NCBI GenBank assembly: GCA_963829055.1
Contig: CAWHHI010000020.1
Span: forward strand, 192,001-256,000
Reading direction: 5' to 3'
Length of the DNA: 64,000 nucleotides
Source: an uncultured Gemmatimonadaceae bacterium
GTDB lineage: Bacteria; Gemmatimonadota; Gemmatimonadetes; Gemmatimonadales; Gemmatimonadaceae
Part shown: piece after piece, positions 39,945-49,827 of the stretch
Numbering within the stretch: position 1 is the first letter of the stretch
Layout of the letters: each line of letters starts with the position of its first letter
Notes under the pieces: model-generated
What the model was told of the DNA's origin: nothing
Databases searched by the model: none
What the model saw: the letters and a program-made list of their open reading frames with translations, nothing else
Position numbers and translations under genes: made by a program

Positions 39945-41593
39945 ATGCGCGCTTTCGCCGGAGCCTCAGCACTCCTTCTCAGCGCGGCGCTGAGCCTTCC
40001 AGCTCAGCAGCCTAACGACTCGGTTCGGGCGCGCGTCGATCGCGTCTTCGCCCAGTGGAGCTCCCGAGAGGGGCCGGGCTGCTCCGCAGCGGCAAGCCAG
40101 GATGGGAAGACGATCTACGAGGCCGGGTACGGCTCCGCCAATCTCGAGGCGGACGTCCCCATCACGCCGAGCTCGATCTTCCACGCCGCGTCGGTCTCGA
40201 AGCAGTTCACGGCGATGGCGGTCATGCTCCTCGTGCGGGAAGGCAAGCTGTCGCTCGATGCCGACGTGCACACGTACATCCCCGAGCTCCCCGACTATCG
40301 CGGGCAGCGCATCACGCTCCGCCACCTGCTCACGCACACGAGCGGCCTCCGCGATCAGTGGGACCTGCTGGCGATCGCGCGCGGGCGCTTCGAGGAGAAC
40401 CGCATCACGCAGGACGACGTCCTCGACATCGTGACGCGACAGAAGGCGCTCAACTTCCCACCCGGCACCGAATACCTGTACAGCAACAGCGGCTATACGC
40501 TCGCCGCGATCATCGTCAGCCGAGTCGCGGGGATGCCGATGCGGCAGTTCGCGGAGGAGCGGATCTTCAAGCCGTTAGGCATGACGCGCACGCACTTTCA
40601 CGACGACTACACGATGGTCGTGAAGGGTCGCACATCCGCCTACGAACGCAGGCGGGATGGACAGTGGCATGTCAGCATCCCGAACTTCGACACGTACGGC
40701 GCGACGAGTCTCTTCACGACGGTCGGTGATCTTCTGAAATGGCAGGAGAACTTCCGACGCCCGGTCGTAGGTGACACCGCCCTGCTCCGCGCCATGCAGA
40801 CCAACGCGATTCTCACCAACGGCGATACGGTCGGGTATGGTCTGGGCCTAACGCTTGGTGGCGCGCCCGGCATGCGGATGATTGGTCACAACGGCGCTGA
40901 CGCCGGCTATCGCGCAATGACGGGGCGATACCCGGACCAGGGATTCGCGATCTCTGTCCTCTGCAACGCGGCGTCAGCGGATCCATCGGGGCTCGCGACG
41001 AAAGCGAGTGAGATCTTTCTGGGCAAAGGTCTGCCGGAGCTGCCCAGCCCGGTCGCACTGCAGCACCGGCCACCGCCGGAGCAGCTCGCGCGATACACGG
41101 GACTCTACGTCCATCCGGTCACCGGCGATGTCACGTACGTGTCGCTCAAGGACCGCGAGCTCATCGTCGGGCGGACGAGCGGACCGGCACTGGTGCCCGT
41201 CGGCGATAGTCGCTTCTGGCTGCCTGGGCAGCGGATCGAATGGACGTTTCAGCCTAACGGGAGCGTCGTCCAGACGTACCGCAGACGGCTGTCGCAACAT
41301 CCGGTGACGCTCGTGCGACACGACGCGGTCAGACCGTCGGCAGCGGAGCTGGCCCAGTATGCCGGTGACTACACGAGCCCGGAGCTCGGCGCGACCTACA
41401 CGGTTTCGGTCGCCGACACGGCCCTGAGCTTTCGCACGGGTGTCACTGACGCATGGAAGGCAACTCCCACCTACACGATGCCTTCGACGGAGAGGTGCAA
41501 GTCGAGTTCACGCGCGACCCTGGCGGACGTCTCACCGGGCTGCAGATGAGCACGGGTCGCGTGAGGAGAGTCTGGTTCGAGAAGGTGAGGTAG
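39945..41593 (+). CDS. Serine hydrolase, beta-lactamase/PBP class C-like (frameshift near 41475)
   Basis: SVSK, LLTHTSG, YSN and HNG motifs; signal peptide. Confidence 0.9.
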
Positions 41594-41596
41594 GGT

Positions 41597-41726
41597 GTCA
41601 TTCCGAGCGCTGTGAGGACATTCGCGAGCGAGCGTGAGCGGTCGAGGAATCGAGACCGTACAGGTAGAGAGCCCTCTATCCGGACGATCGCGATTCCTCG
41701 ACTCGCTGTCGCTCGCTCGGAATGAC
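41597..41726. repeat. REP-like element, type A
   Basis: Same termini; core gaggaatcgagaccgtacaggtagagagccctctatccggacgatc is identical to the copy at 49635. Confidence 0.88.
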
Positions 41727-41769
41727 GCAACGCTATTTTTCGGCATGACGTCGACGCCGAGTAGCACTC

Positions 41770-42849
41770 ATGCCGCAGCGCACCGGTAGCGCCACCCTCC
41801 CGCTTCACACCGGGCGAGCACCCGCGTGGCTGTTCGGACGTATGGCCAGGCTCGCGCCGGAGATCGTCGAGGCCATCGTGCTCGCGCACGGGCGGAGCGC
41901 GTTCCTCGAGCGACTCTCGGACCCGCACTGGTTCCAGGCGTTCGGCTGCGTGCTCGGCTTCGACTGGCACTCGAGCGGTGTGACGACCACGGTGTGTGGC
42001 GCGCTCAAGGAAGGGCTCGCTCCTCGTGCCGCCGACCTCGGCCTCTACGTCGCCGGCGGCAAGGGCAAGACGTCGCGGCAGACGCCTAACGAGCTACAGG
42101 AGTTCGGCGCGCGGCTCGGCATGGACGGCGACCGGCTCGCCTACAACAGCCGCATGGCCGCGAAGGTGGACTCCGCCGCCGTACAGGACGGCTTCGACAT
42201 CTACCATCACAGCTTCTTCCTCTCGAGTGATGGCGAGTGGGCCGTCGTGCAACAGGGCATGCGCGAGCACGACGGCAACGCGCGCCGCTACCACTGGCTC
42301 GGCTCCCGGGTGAGCGATTTCGTGAACGAGCCGCACGCGGCTATCGCGAGCGACGCGCAGGAGCAGACGGTGCTCAACCTGGTGGCGGCTGAATCGGCGG
42401 ACAGTCGCACGGCGTCGGCGGAATTCGCGCGTCTCGAGCCGCGGCTCGTCGATCGTGAGATCGCGAGAGTGATCACGCTCGCGCTTCCGGGCCGCCACTG
42501 GGTGGACGTGCGGAAGGACATCAACCCGGCGCATCTGCGGAAGGTGCTGCTGTCCACGTACGAGGCGGCGCCGCAGAACTTCGAGGAGATGCTCGCGGTC
42601 CCGGGCGTTGGCGCCAAAGCGGTGCGTGCGCTCGCGCTGGTGGCCGAGGTGGTGTATGGCTCGCCGGCGAGCGTGAAGGATCCGGCGCGGTTCAGCTTCG
42701 CGCATGGCGGCAAGGATGGGCATCCCTACCCGGTCAATCGCGACGTGTACGACCACTCGGTGGAGTGGCTTCGTGAGGCGGTGTCGAAGGCGAAGATCGG
42801 CCGGAGCGAGCAGCTCCACGCGCTGCAGCGATTGGCGGACTGGCGTTAG
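41770..42849 (+). CDS. DUF763 domain protein
   Basis: LPLHTGRAPAWLF, DWHSSGVTT, AKVDSAAVQDG and FAHGGKDGHPYPV. Confidence 0.9.
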   Translation: MPQRTGSATLPLHTGRAPAWLFGRMARLAPEIVEAIVLAHGRSAFLERLSDPHWFQAFGCVLGFDWHSSGVTTTVCGALKEGLAPRAADLGLYVAGGKGKTSRQTPNELQEFGARLGMDGDRLAYNSRMAAKVDSAAVQDGFDIYHHSFFLSSDGEWAVVQQGMREHDGNARRYHWLGSRVSDFVNEPHAAIASDAQEQTVLNLVAAESADSRTASAEFARLEPRLVDREIARVITLALPGRHWVDVRKDINPAHLRKVLLSTYEAAPQNFEEMLAVPGVGAKAVRALALVAEVVYGSPASVKDPARFSFAHGGKDGHPYPVNRDVYDHSVEWLREAVSKAKIGRSEQLHALQRLADWR

Positions 42850-43127
42850 GTTCCGGGACGCTTCGCCGGCACGCCCTCGAGCATGCCACGCACGCTGAGG
42901 TCCTCGTCAACGTCGGGCCAGTGAATGCCCGTCCCCTCGCCGATGATCTCGTACCGTGACTCGCTGATCGGGCGTCGCGTCGGACAACCGCCACGACCAC
43001 GAGAGCGGGTACGCCGATCGTCCGTCCATCTGCGAGCACGCGCGATGATCATGTCCTCGGTCACCTCGACCGCGGTCACTCGCGCCGTTCCACTGCCACC
43101 GCTATTGGGCTTCGCCGCAGTGCTCAC
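42846..43127 (-). CDS. DUF2442 domain protein, putative antitoxin (internal frameshifts)
   Basis: LADGRTIGVP in one frame, GTGIHWPDVDEDLSV in another. Confidence 0.8.
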   Translation of the reverse strand: MSTAAKPNSGGSGTARVTAVEVTEDMIIARARRWTDDRRTRSRGRGGCPTRRPISESRYEIIGEGTGIHWPDVDEDLSVRGMLEGVPAKRPGT

Positions 43128-43347
43128 GCCAGGCCTCCAGAATCTGCCCTCTGTACTCTAAGATAGTTCGCCGAACAATTGCGAGGTCGCGGGAGGACAG
43201 ACCATGGTTCACCGCCAACTGGATCGGGTCGAGCCAGAACTTGCACGTCGCCCGGTCACGCCTGACATGAACATGCGCTGGCTCGTTGCAGTCGAAGCTG
43301 TAGAAGAAGAACCGGAATGGGCCGGGAATCCCTGAGATCGTCGGCAT
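43102..43347 (-). CDS. DUF4160 domain protein
   Basis: MPTI...FRFFFYSFDCNEPAHVHV...KFWL...AWREH. Confidence 0.9.
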   Translation of the reverse strand: MPTISGIPGPFRFFFYSFDCNEPAHVHVRRDRATCKFWLDPIQLAVNHGLSSRDLAIVRRTILEYRGQILEAWREHCGEAQ

Positions 43348-43387
43348 CGGTAACAGAAGATGCCGTCGTCGAACCGTTCGCCTCTCA

Positions 43388-45659
43388 TCAGTTCGGTGCC
43401 GACTGTTCCCGAATATCCCGCCGTAGACCTGCGACGATCCCCGAAAACTCCGGCGCCACCCTCAGCGCGGCCATTGGCGGCGAATGCAGCGCAAACGCCG
43501 ACAACAGCGGATCGCGAATCTCCACCGCGTGCCTGAGGAACTCGAGCGCCTCCGCACGACGCCCCGCACTCTCCGCCGCCGGCGCCAGCACCGCCGGCTG
43601 CACGTACTCGTTGCGCGACCGCGCCACCAGCTCGAGATACACCGCGTCCGCCTGTTCCCTGTATCCAAGCCTCGCGCACGCCGCCGCGAGCGCCAGCATC
43701 AGCCACGGATGTCGACCATAACGCGGCAGCAGCGTCGGGATCAGATCCACCATCTCCTGCGCATTGCCACCGTACGCGTGCGCGTTCACGTACGACCACA
43801 CGGCGAAGAACGAGTGCGCGTCGAGCTCCCGCGCACGCCGTGCCTCTACCAGCGCCTCGTCGTACCGTCGCGCGAAGCTCAGGATGATCGAGAGCTGCGA
43901 ATGCGCGATCGCGCTCAGCGGATCGCGCTCGATGATCGACCGCAGCTCGCTGACCGCCTCATCGAACTTGCCACGCGCATAGCACAGATCGAACGCCGCG
44001 TGCATCACGCGCGCCTCCGGATCCGAGGCATCGATCGCCAGCGCACGATTCCACGTCTCCGTCGCACGGTCGGGGTCGAAGTCGATGCACGTCGCCACGA
44101 GCGCCGACGCGGTGTACGCACCCACGAGCGTCTTGTGATGCGCCAGCGCCGACGCCGCGGCCCACTTGGCGCGCGCCGTGATGCGATCCGGCGATGACAT
44201 TCCCCAGAAGCTCGACAGGATCAGCGTCTGCGCGAGGTCCGCCAGCGCCGGCGCGAACTCCGGATCGAGCGCGACGGCCTGCTCCAGTAGATCGATCGCG
44301 GTCAGCAACGACGGCCCACGTTCCTTCATCAGCGGGCGAGCCTTGAGATACAGCTCGTACGCGTCGATGTTGGACGTCGACGGCCTAACGAGCGCGCCGC
44401 CGGCGCCCACTCCGCCGCGCAACGCGACCGCGAGCCGCGACGCGATCGCCGTCGCGATCTCGTCCTGGATGGCGAAGATGTCCGTCAGCTCACGGTCGTA
44501 GCGCTCCGACCAGAGATGATAGCCATCGTTCACGCTGATGAGCTGCGCCGTGATCCGCACGCGATTGCCCGCGCGACGAACGCTTCCCTCGACCACCGCG
44601 CCCGACGTTCAGCTTCTCGCCGATCGCGCGAAAGTCATGCGCCTTCCCCTTGAACGCGAACGCGGACGTTCGCGCCGCCACGCGCAGCCCCGGCACCTGC
44701 GCCAGCGCGTTGATGATCTCCTCGGCTATCCCATCACCGAAGTATTCGTTCTCCGGATCGGCGCTCATGTTCGCGAACGGCAGCACGGCGACGGACGCAT
44801 CCGCGCCGGGCGTCGACGCCCACGGCTGCGCTGGCGCCCGCAGTGCGTCGAGGAAGCGCTCCATCGTCGCGAACCGCTCGTTAGGATCGCGAGCCATGGC
44901 CGTCAGCATTGCGCCGTCGATGTGGCGAGGGATGTCCGGACGTCGCGTGCTGGCGCGCGGCGGCGGGCGGGTGAAGCGCCTAACGAGCAGCGCTTCGACC
45001 GACGGGCCGGAAAACGGCGGCTCACCCACCAGCATCTCGAACAGCACGCACGCCAGGCTGTACTGATCGGACCGCCCGTCCACGTGCGGGTCGGCGGCGG
45101 CCTGCTCGGGGCTCATGTACGCCGGAGTCCCGAGCGTCAGCCCGGCGGTGGTGATGCGATCGTTACCGGCCGGGCTGTGCGCACGAGCGATGCCGAAGTC
45201 CGCGACGAGCGCATGGCCCGACTGCAGCAGGATGTTCTCGGGCTTGATGTCGCGGTGAATCACCCCATTCGCGTGCGCGTACGCGAGCGCGTCGGCGACC
45301 TCACGAGTGATGCGCTGCGCTTCGTGAGTGTCGATGATCCGCTCACGCTCGAGCCGAGTGCGAAGGGATTCGCCGGCGACGAAGGGCATGACGTAGTACA
45401 GGACTCCTTCATCGTCGCCCGAATCGAACAGCGGCAGGATGTTCGGGTGCGCGAGCTTCGCCGTCGTATGAATCTCGGCCAGAAAGCGCTCGGCGCCGAC
45501 AGACGCGGCCACGTCGGCGTGCAGGATCTTGATCGCCACTGGTCGGTCATGACGCTCGTCGTGAGCGAGGTAGACCGTGGCCATTCCCCCTGAGCCGAGC
45601 TCTCGCTCGAGTCGGTACTGGCCGGACAGGGCGGCGGAAAGACGTGTGTCGGTGGGCAC
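43388..45659 (-). CDS. Ser/Thr protein kinase with TolB_N-like domain and TPRs (frameshift near 44600)
   Basis: GSGGMATVY, VAIK, HRDIKPEN, DFG and GTPAYMSPEQ; VAVLPFANMS; TPRs. Confidence 0.9.
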
Positions 45660-45751
45660 CCTGAATAATGCTACTCCCCACTCAGCGCCGCACGCGGGAA
45701 GCGGTGACGCACGGTTCGAGGACGCGGCCGAGTCGAGTACTTTCCACGCCC

Positions 45752-46408
45752 ATGACCCTCCGCGACTCGCCCTGGTATTCCGCGCTCTCGCCGTACGTCG
45801 AGCGAGACGACCTGACCGTGACACTGGCCCATCCATTTCTGCGGCCGACGGGTGAACGCGTAGGTGAGATTCCCAGCGTCTTCATGCGCTTCCCCATGTG
45901 GCGCGGGGCGCCGTTCGCCGACGACTTCGGGAAGAAGAGCGCGGCGATGGTCGATCTCGATGGCGAGCACCTGTTCGCCGAGCTCGCGATCCTGCGGCTG
46001 CTGGAGCGCGATGGGTGGGAAGGCCGCTGGATCTACACGACCGGAAGCGGCGAGGTCTCGAAGTACCTGTACACGTGGCGTGACGTGCCGCGTCAGGAGC
46101 AGCCGAACCGCCCGATCCAGAACGACGCCGCGCGCGCGCTGCTGTACGCGATCGCCGACCGGTCGGGGAATCGGTACGGCGGATGCTGGGGCGTGTTCGC
46201 CTGGCGCGAGAACAGCTTCGCGTTCTTCGAGGCGAAGCGGCAGGCGTCGCCGAAGGACAAGGAGAAGCTCAAGCCGGCGCAGGAAGCGTGGGTGCGCGCC
46301 GCGCTCTCGCTCCGCGAGCAGCACATGTCGGCGCGCGACTTCGCGTTCGTCCAGTGGGACTACGGTGTGTCATCCCGAGGAGCGCCAGCGACGAGGGACC
46401 TTGTGTGA
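45752..46408 (+). CDS. Hypothetical protein with VRR-NUC-like motif
   Basis: GGCWGVFAW...FFEAK...LKPAQEAW; the last 13 codons derive from a REP element. Confidence 0.6.
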   Translation: MTLRDSPWYSALSPYVERDDLTVTLAHPFLRPTGERVGEIPSVFMRFPMWRGAPFADDFGKKSAAMVDLDGEHLFAELAILRLLERDGWEGRWIYTTGSGEVSKYLYTWRDVPRQEQPNRPIQNDAARALLYAIADRSGNRYGGCWGVFAWRENSFAFFEAKRQASPKDKEKLKPAQEAWVRAALSLREQHMSARDFAFVQWDYGVSSRGAPATRDLV

Positions 46409-46474
46409 AGTACTCGTGGTGAGACTGGCCACGATGACGTCACACAAGGTCCCTCGCTGTCGCTCGGGATGACA
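46368..46474. repeat. REP-like element, type B
   Basis: tgtcatcccgag...cgagggaccttgtgtga...tcacacaaggtccctcg...ctcgggatgaca. Confidence 0.85.
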
Positions 46475-46482
46475 GGCCGGCG

Positions 46483-48402
46483 TCACATACCCAGTCGCTC
46501 GTGGAGTAGGCAGATGCTGCTCATCCACATGAGCGTGGAATCCATGCGCGTCCTCGTTGGCCCGTCCATGGACGGGAACGAGTCCAGCAGCCCGACGACC
46601 TTCTTCCGGTCGTAGATCCCCGGCCCGTCGAGCATCTCGCTCCGCAACGTGTCCTGCAGCATCGTGAACAGCTTGCCACCCTGCTGCACCGTGGACGGCG
46701 GCGACATGAACGGGTGCTTTTGTCTCCTGTACACTGTATCCGTGATGACGGGTTTCGCAGCCTCGCGCAGCACCCACTTCTCCGTCATGCCGTTGATCTT
46801 CATCGACACCGGCATCTGCGCCACCGCCTCCACGACGTGATGGTCCAGGAACGGCAGGCGGCCTTCGACCGAGTGCGCCATCTCCATCCGATCGCCGAGG
46901 TTGCTCAGGATGTAGTTAGGCAGCATCGTCTTCGCCCAGACGTAGAGCGACTGATTCACCACGTCACGGCCATCCATCTGCCGCTCGACGTCGAGACAGT
47001 TCATGAGCAGACGATACGTATCGCGGTCGGCATACGCGTTCGTGAAATCATCGCTCGCGACCGAGAGCAGACTGCTACCGATCTGTGACCACGTCTCGAG
47101 CTGCGATGGAACGTAGCCGAGTGCCTGCCTAACGCTTTCGATCCGCGTGCCCGGCTGCGGCATGAGCAGACCCGCCGACACACGATTTGCCGCCTCGAGC
47201 TGCGCGAGCAGCTGCTGCTTCGACGCCGCGTCGAGCCCGTCGCTCCCATACATCACCGCGTCACGCCGGAAGTGGGGATATCCAGCGAGAATCTCGTCGC
47301 TCCCCTCCCCCGTCAGCACGACCTTTACCCCAGAATCACGCACCGCTCGGCTCAACAGATACTTCGCCACCACGTGCGAGTTCGCGAACGGTCGCTCGGC
47401 GTGATACAGCGCGTCCGCGAGATGATCGGCCATGTGCTCCGAACGGATGTCGATGCGACAGAACTCCGCACCGGAGAGCCTGGCCTGCTCCTCGGCGATC
47501 GCCCCTTCGTCGTAGTCGGCGTGGTCGAACGACAGCGTGTACGCGCGCAGCGGTCGCGACGAGAGCTTCGACGCGACGCCGAGCACGGTGCACGAATCGA
47601 TGCCGCCGCTGAGGTAGCAGGCGACGGGAACGTCCGCGCGGAGGCGCAGTCGCACCGCTTCCTCGAACTCGTGCTGGAAGCGCTCGATGTGCTCGCGCGG
47701 ATCCTTCGGGACGACAGCGCCGTCCTTGAGCGGATAGTCCCAGTCCCAGTACTGCGTGACGCGTACGTGCTCGCCGTCGGTCATGAGATAGCTCCCCGGC
47801 GGAAGCTGATAGATCCCCTCGAACAGCGAGCGATCGGGCGCGTGCGTGACGAAGTGAATGTCGTAGAGCGTGTCGCGATCCCAGCGCAGCGGGACGCCGA
47901 ACTCCGCGAACGCCTTGATCTCCGACGCGAGATAGAAGGTGCCGTTATGCACCGTGTAATACATCGGCTTGATGCCGAACCGATCGCGCGCCGCGAACAG
48001 GACGCCGTCGCGCTCATCCCAGATCGCGTAGGCGAATTCACCGCGCAGCGCGTGAACCGACCGCGCGCCGCGATCCTCGAAGAGGTGAAGCGCGATCTCC
48101 GAGTCCGAGCGGGTGTTGAAGACGTGACCCTGCTTCTCCAACTCGCAGCGGATGCGCTCGAAGTCGTAGAACTCGCCGTTGGCGACGATGCGAAGCTGCT
48201 GGTTCTCGTTGGCGATCGGCTGATCGCCGGTCGCCAGGTCGATGATGCTCAGACGCGCGTGGCCGAGCCCGGCGCGACAGCGCGGGTCGACCCAGACGCG
48301 ATGCGCGTCGGGGCCGCGATGGTGGAGCTTACGCGACGCGCGATGGAGGGCGTCGGCGGAGACACTGCCCTGACGCGAGACTGCTGCTACGATGCCGCAC
48401 AT
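46483..48402 (-). CDS. asnB: Asparagine synthase (glutamine-hydrolysing) family amidotransferase
   Basis: MCGI, HRGPD, RLSIID, ARDRFGIKP, LSGGIDS, TGEGSDE and EGRLPFLD. Confidence 0.93.
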   Translation of the reverse strand: MCGIVAAVSRQGSVSADALHRASRKLHHRGPDAHRVWVDPRCRAGLGHARLSIIDLATGDQPIANENQQLRIVANGEFYDFERIRCELEKQGHVFNTRSDSEIALHLFEDRGARSVHALRGEFAYAIWDERDGVLFAARDRFGIKPMYYTVHNGTFYLASEIKAFAEFGVPLRWDRDTLYDIHFVTHAPDRSLFEGIYQLPPGSYLMTDGEHVRVTQYWDWDYPLKDGAVVPKDPREHIERFQHEFEEAVRLRLRADVPVACYLSGGIDSCTVLGVASKLSSRPLRAYTLSFDHADYDEGAIAEEQARLSGAEFCRIDIRSEHMADHLADALYHAERPFANSHVVAKYLLSRAVRDSGVKVVLTGEGSDEILAGYPHFRRDAVMYGSDGLDAASKQQLLAQLEAANRVSAGLLMPQPGTRIESVRQALGYVPSQLETWSQIGSSLLSVASDDFTNAYADRDTYRLLMNCLDVERQMDGRDVVNQSLYVWAKTMLPNYILSNLGDRMEMAHSVEGRLPFLDHHVVEAVAQMPVSMKINGMTEKWVLREAAKPVITDTVYRRQKHPFMSPPSTVQQGGKLFTMLQDTLRSEMLDGPGIYDRKKVVGLLDSFPSMDGPTRTRMDSTLMWMSSICLLHERLGM

Positions 48403-48669
48403 GTATGGATCTCCCTCGCGGCCGGCGACAGGAAATCAACCGACCGCATTTGGTTAGAGCTTTCTGAATTTCCGGAAGATCGGGTTTTCGGGGGCCGCAG
48501 CAAGCCGACAGGAGTGGGGATCGAACCCTGTCGATGGTCAGGGATTCACGGGGAGAGCCTGCGGTGAAACGGCTCTGACAGCATTGGAACGATTGTACTG
48601 ACCTGAAAGCTTCGCTCTAGCGTTGCGGGAGCGTCAGGGGACTCGCAAGCGCGAGCGTCCCATAGCCGT

Positions 48670-48696
48670 AATCCTGTCAATCCTGCCAATCCTGTC
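48670..48696 (+). repeat. Three tandem nonamers AATCCTGYC
   Basis: aatcctgtc-aatcctgcc-aatcctgtc; inverted counterpart at 49110-49136. Confidence 0.85.
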
Positions 48697-48722
48697 TGCT
48701 GTTCTTTTCCCGAGATTCTGTC

Positions 48723-49140
48723 ATGCAGCACGCAGACATCACCGAGAAGGTCATCGGGTGCTCCATGAAGGTGCACCGGCACGCTCGGCCCCGGCTACCT
48801 GGAATCAGTGTATCGCAACGCGCTCGCGCACGAGCTTCAGCAGCGGGCCATACCGTTCGAACGAGAGAAGCGCGTGCGAGTTTGGTATGACGGCATCGTC
48901 GTCGGCGATTACTCCGCTGATCTGCTGGTCCAGGAGTGCGTGCTGGTCGAGGTCAAAGCTGTCCGCTGCCTCGCTCCCGGCCACGAGGCGCAGTTGGTCA
49001 ACTATCTGACTGGGATCCAGTTGGACGTTGGACTGCTCATCAACTTCGGCGCGGAGAGTCTGGAGTTCAGACGAAAGGCCCGGGCGTATCAGCCACGCCA
49101 GAAAAACGCGACAGGATTGACAGGATTGGCAGGATTGTGA
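48723..49140 (+). CDS. GxxExxY protein (frameshift near 48780)
   Basis: ITEKVIGCSMKVHR, then LGPGYLESVY, ADLLV, VEVK and GLLINFG. Confidence 0.88.
49110..49136 (-). repeat. Three tandem nonamers GRCAGGATT
   Basis: gacaggatt-gacaggatt-ggcaggatt, encoding the TGLTGLAGL tail. Confidence 0.85.
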
Positions 49141-49212
49141 CGGCGGTAATCGTGTCATGCTCCTTCAGTTGCGCGACTGCGACCGCCGACCGCAGGATAG
49201 GTTTTCTATATC

Positions 49213-49626
49213 ATGTCCGACGCACCAGTACTTCTCTACGACGGCCTCTGTGGCTTCTGCGACGGCACCGTGCAGTTCATCCTCGAGCACGATCGCCGAG
49301 GGGCGCTTCGCTTCGCGACGCTGCAGGGTGACTTTGCTCGCGGCGTGATCGAACGGCACCCCGAGCTCGCGGGGGTCGATTCACTCGTGCTTGTCGAGCG
49401 CGGTGCGTCAGGGGAGGAGCGGATCTACGTCCGCTCAGAGGGCGCATTGCAGGTCGCGAAATATCTCGGCGGCGCATGGACGCTCGCGCGTGGGCTCAGG
49501 ATCGTGCCGCGATTTCTGCGCGACCTCGTGTACGACGGCTTCGCGCGCGTCCGATACCGGGTCTTCGGCCGCTACGACGCCTGCCCGATCCCGAGCGCGG
49601 AGCAGCGGGCTCGCTTCATCGACTAG
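49213..49626 (+). CDS. DCC1-like thiol-disulfide oxidoreductase (DUF393)
   Basis: LLYDGLCGFC, LRFATLQG and RYRVFG. Confidence 0.92.
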   Translation: MSDAPVLLYDGLCGFCDGTVQFILEHDRRGALRFATLQGDFARGVIERHPELAGVDSLVLVERGASGEERIYVRSEGALQVAKYLGGAWTLARGLRIVPRFLRDLVYDGFARVRYRVFGRYDACPIPSAEQRARFID

Positions 49627-49634
49627 CGTGGGTC

Positions 49635-49804
49635 GTCATTCCGAGCGGGCTTGTCATTCCGAGCGAGCGTCAGCCGGGTGCCCGCAACGCGGGCGCACGA
49701 GGAATCGAGACCGTACAGGTAGAGAGCCCTCTATCCGGACGATCAGCGATTCCTCACGCGCCCAGAGGGCACTCGCGGCCTTCGGGCCTCCGCTCGGAAT
49801 GACA
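49635..49804. repeat. REP-like element, type A
   Basis: gtcattccgagcg x2 ... cgctcggaatgaca, between convergent genes. Confidence 0.88.
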
Positions 49805-49827
49805 ACCCGCTCGGAGCGACACCAGGG

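Noticed and set aside
46483..48402. asnB as a lasso-peptide cyclase or part of a biosynthetic cluster
   Set aside because: It has an intact N-terminal Cys glutaminase domain, and no precursor, B protein or other biosynthetic genes are adjacent.
48503..48535. tRNA gene or tRNA-derived attachment site (GGTTCGATCCCC on the minus strand)
   Set aside because: No cloverleaf, D arm or CCA end; only a T-loop-like string inside another hairpin.
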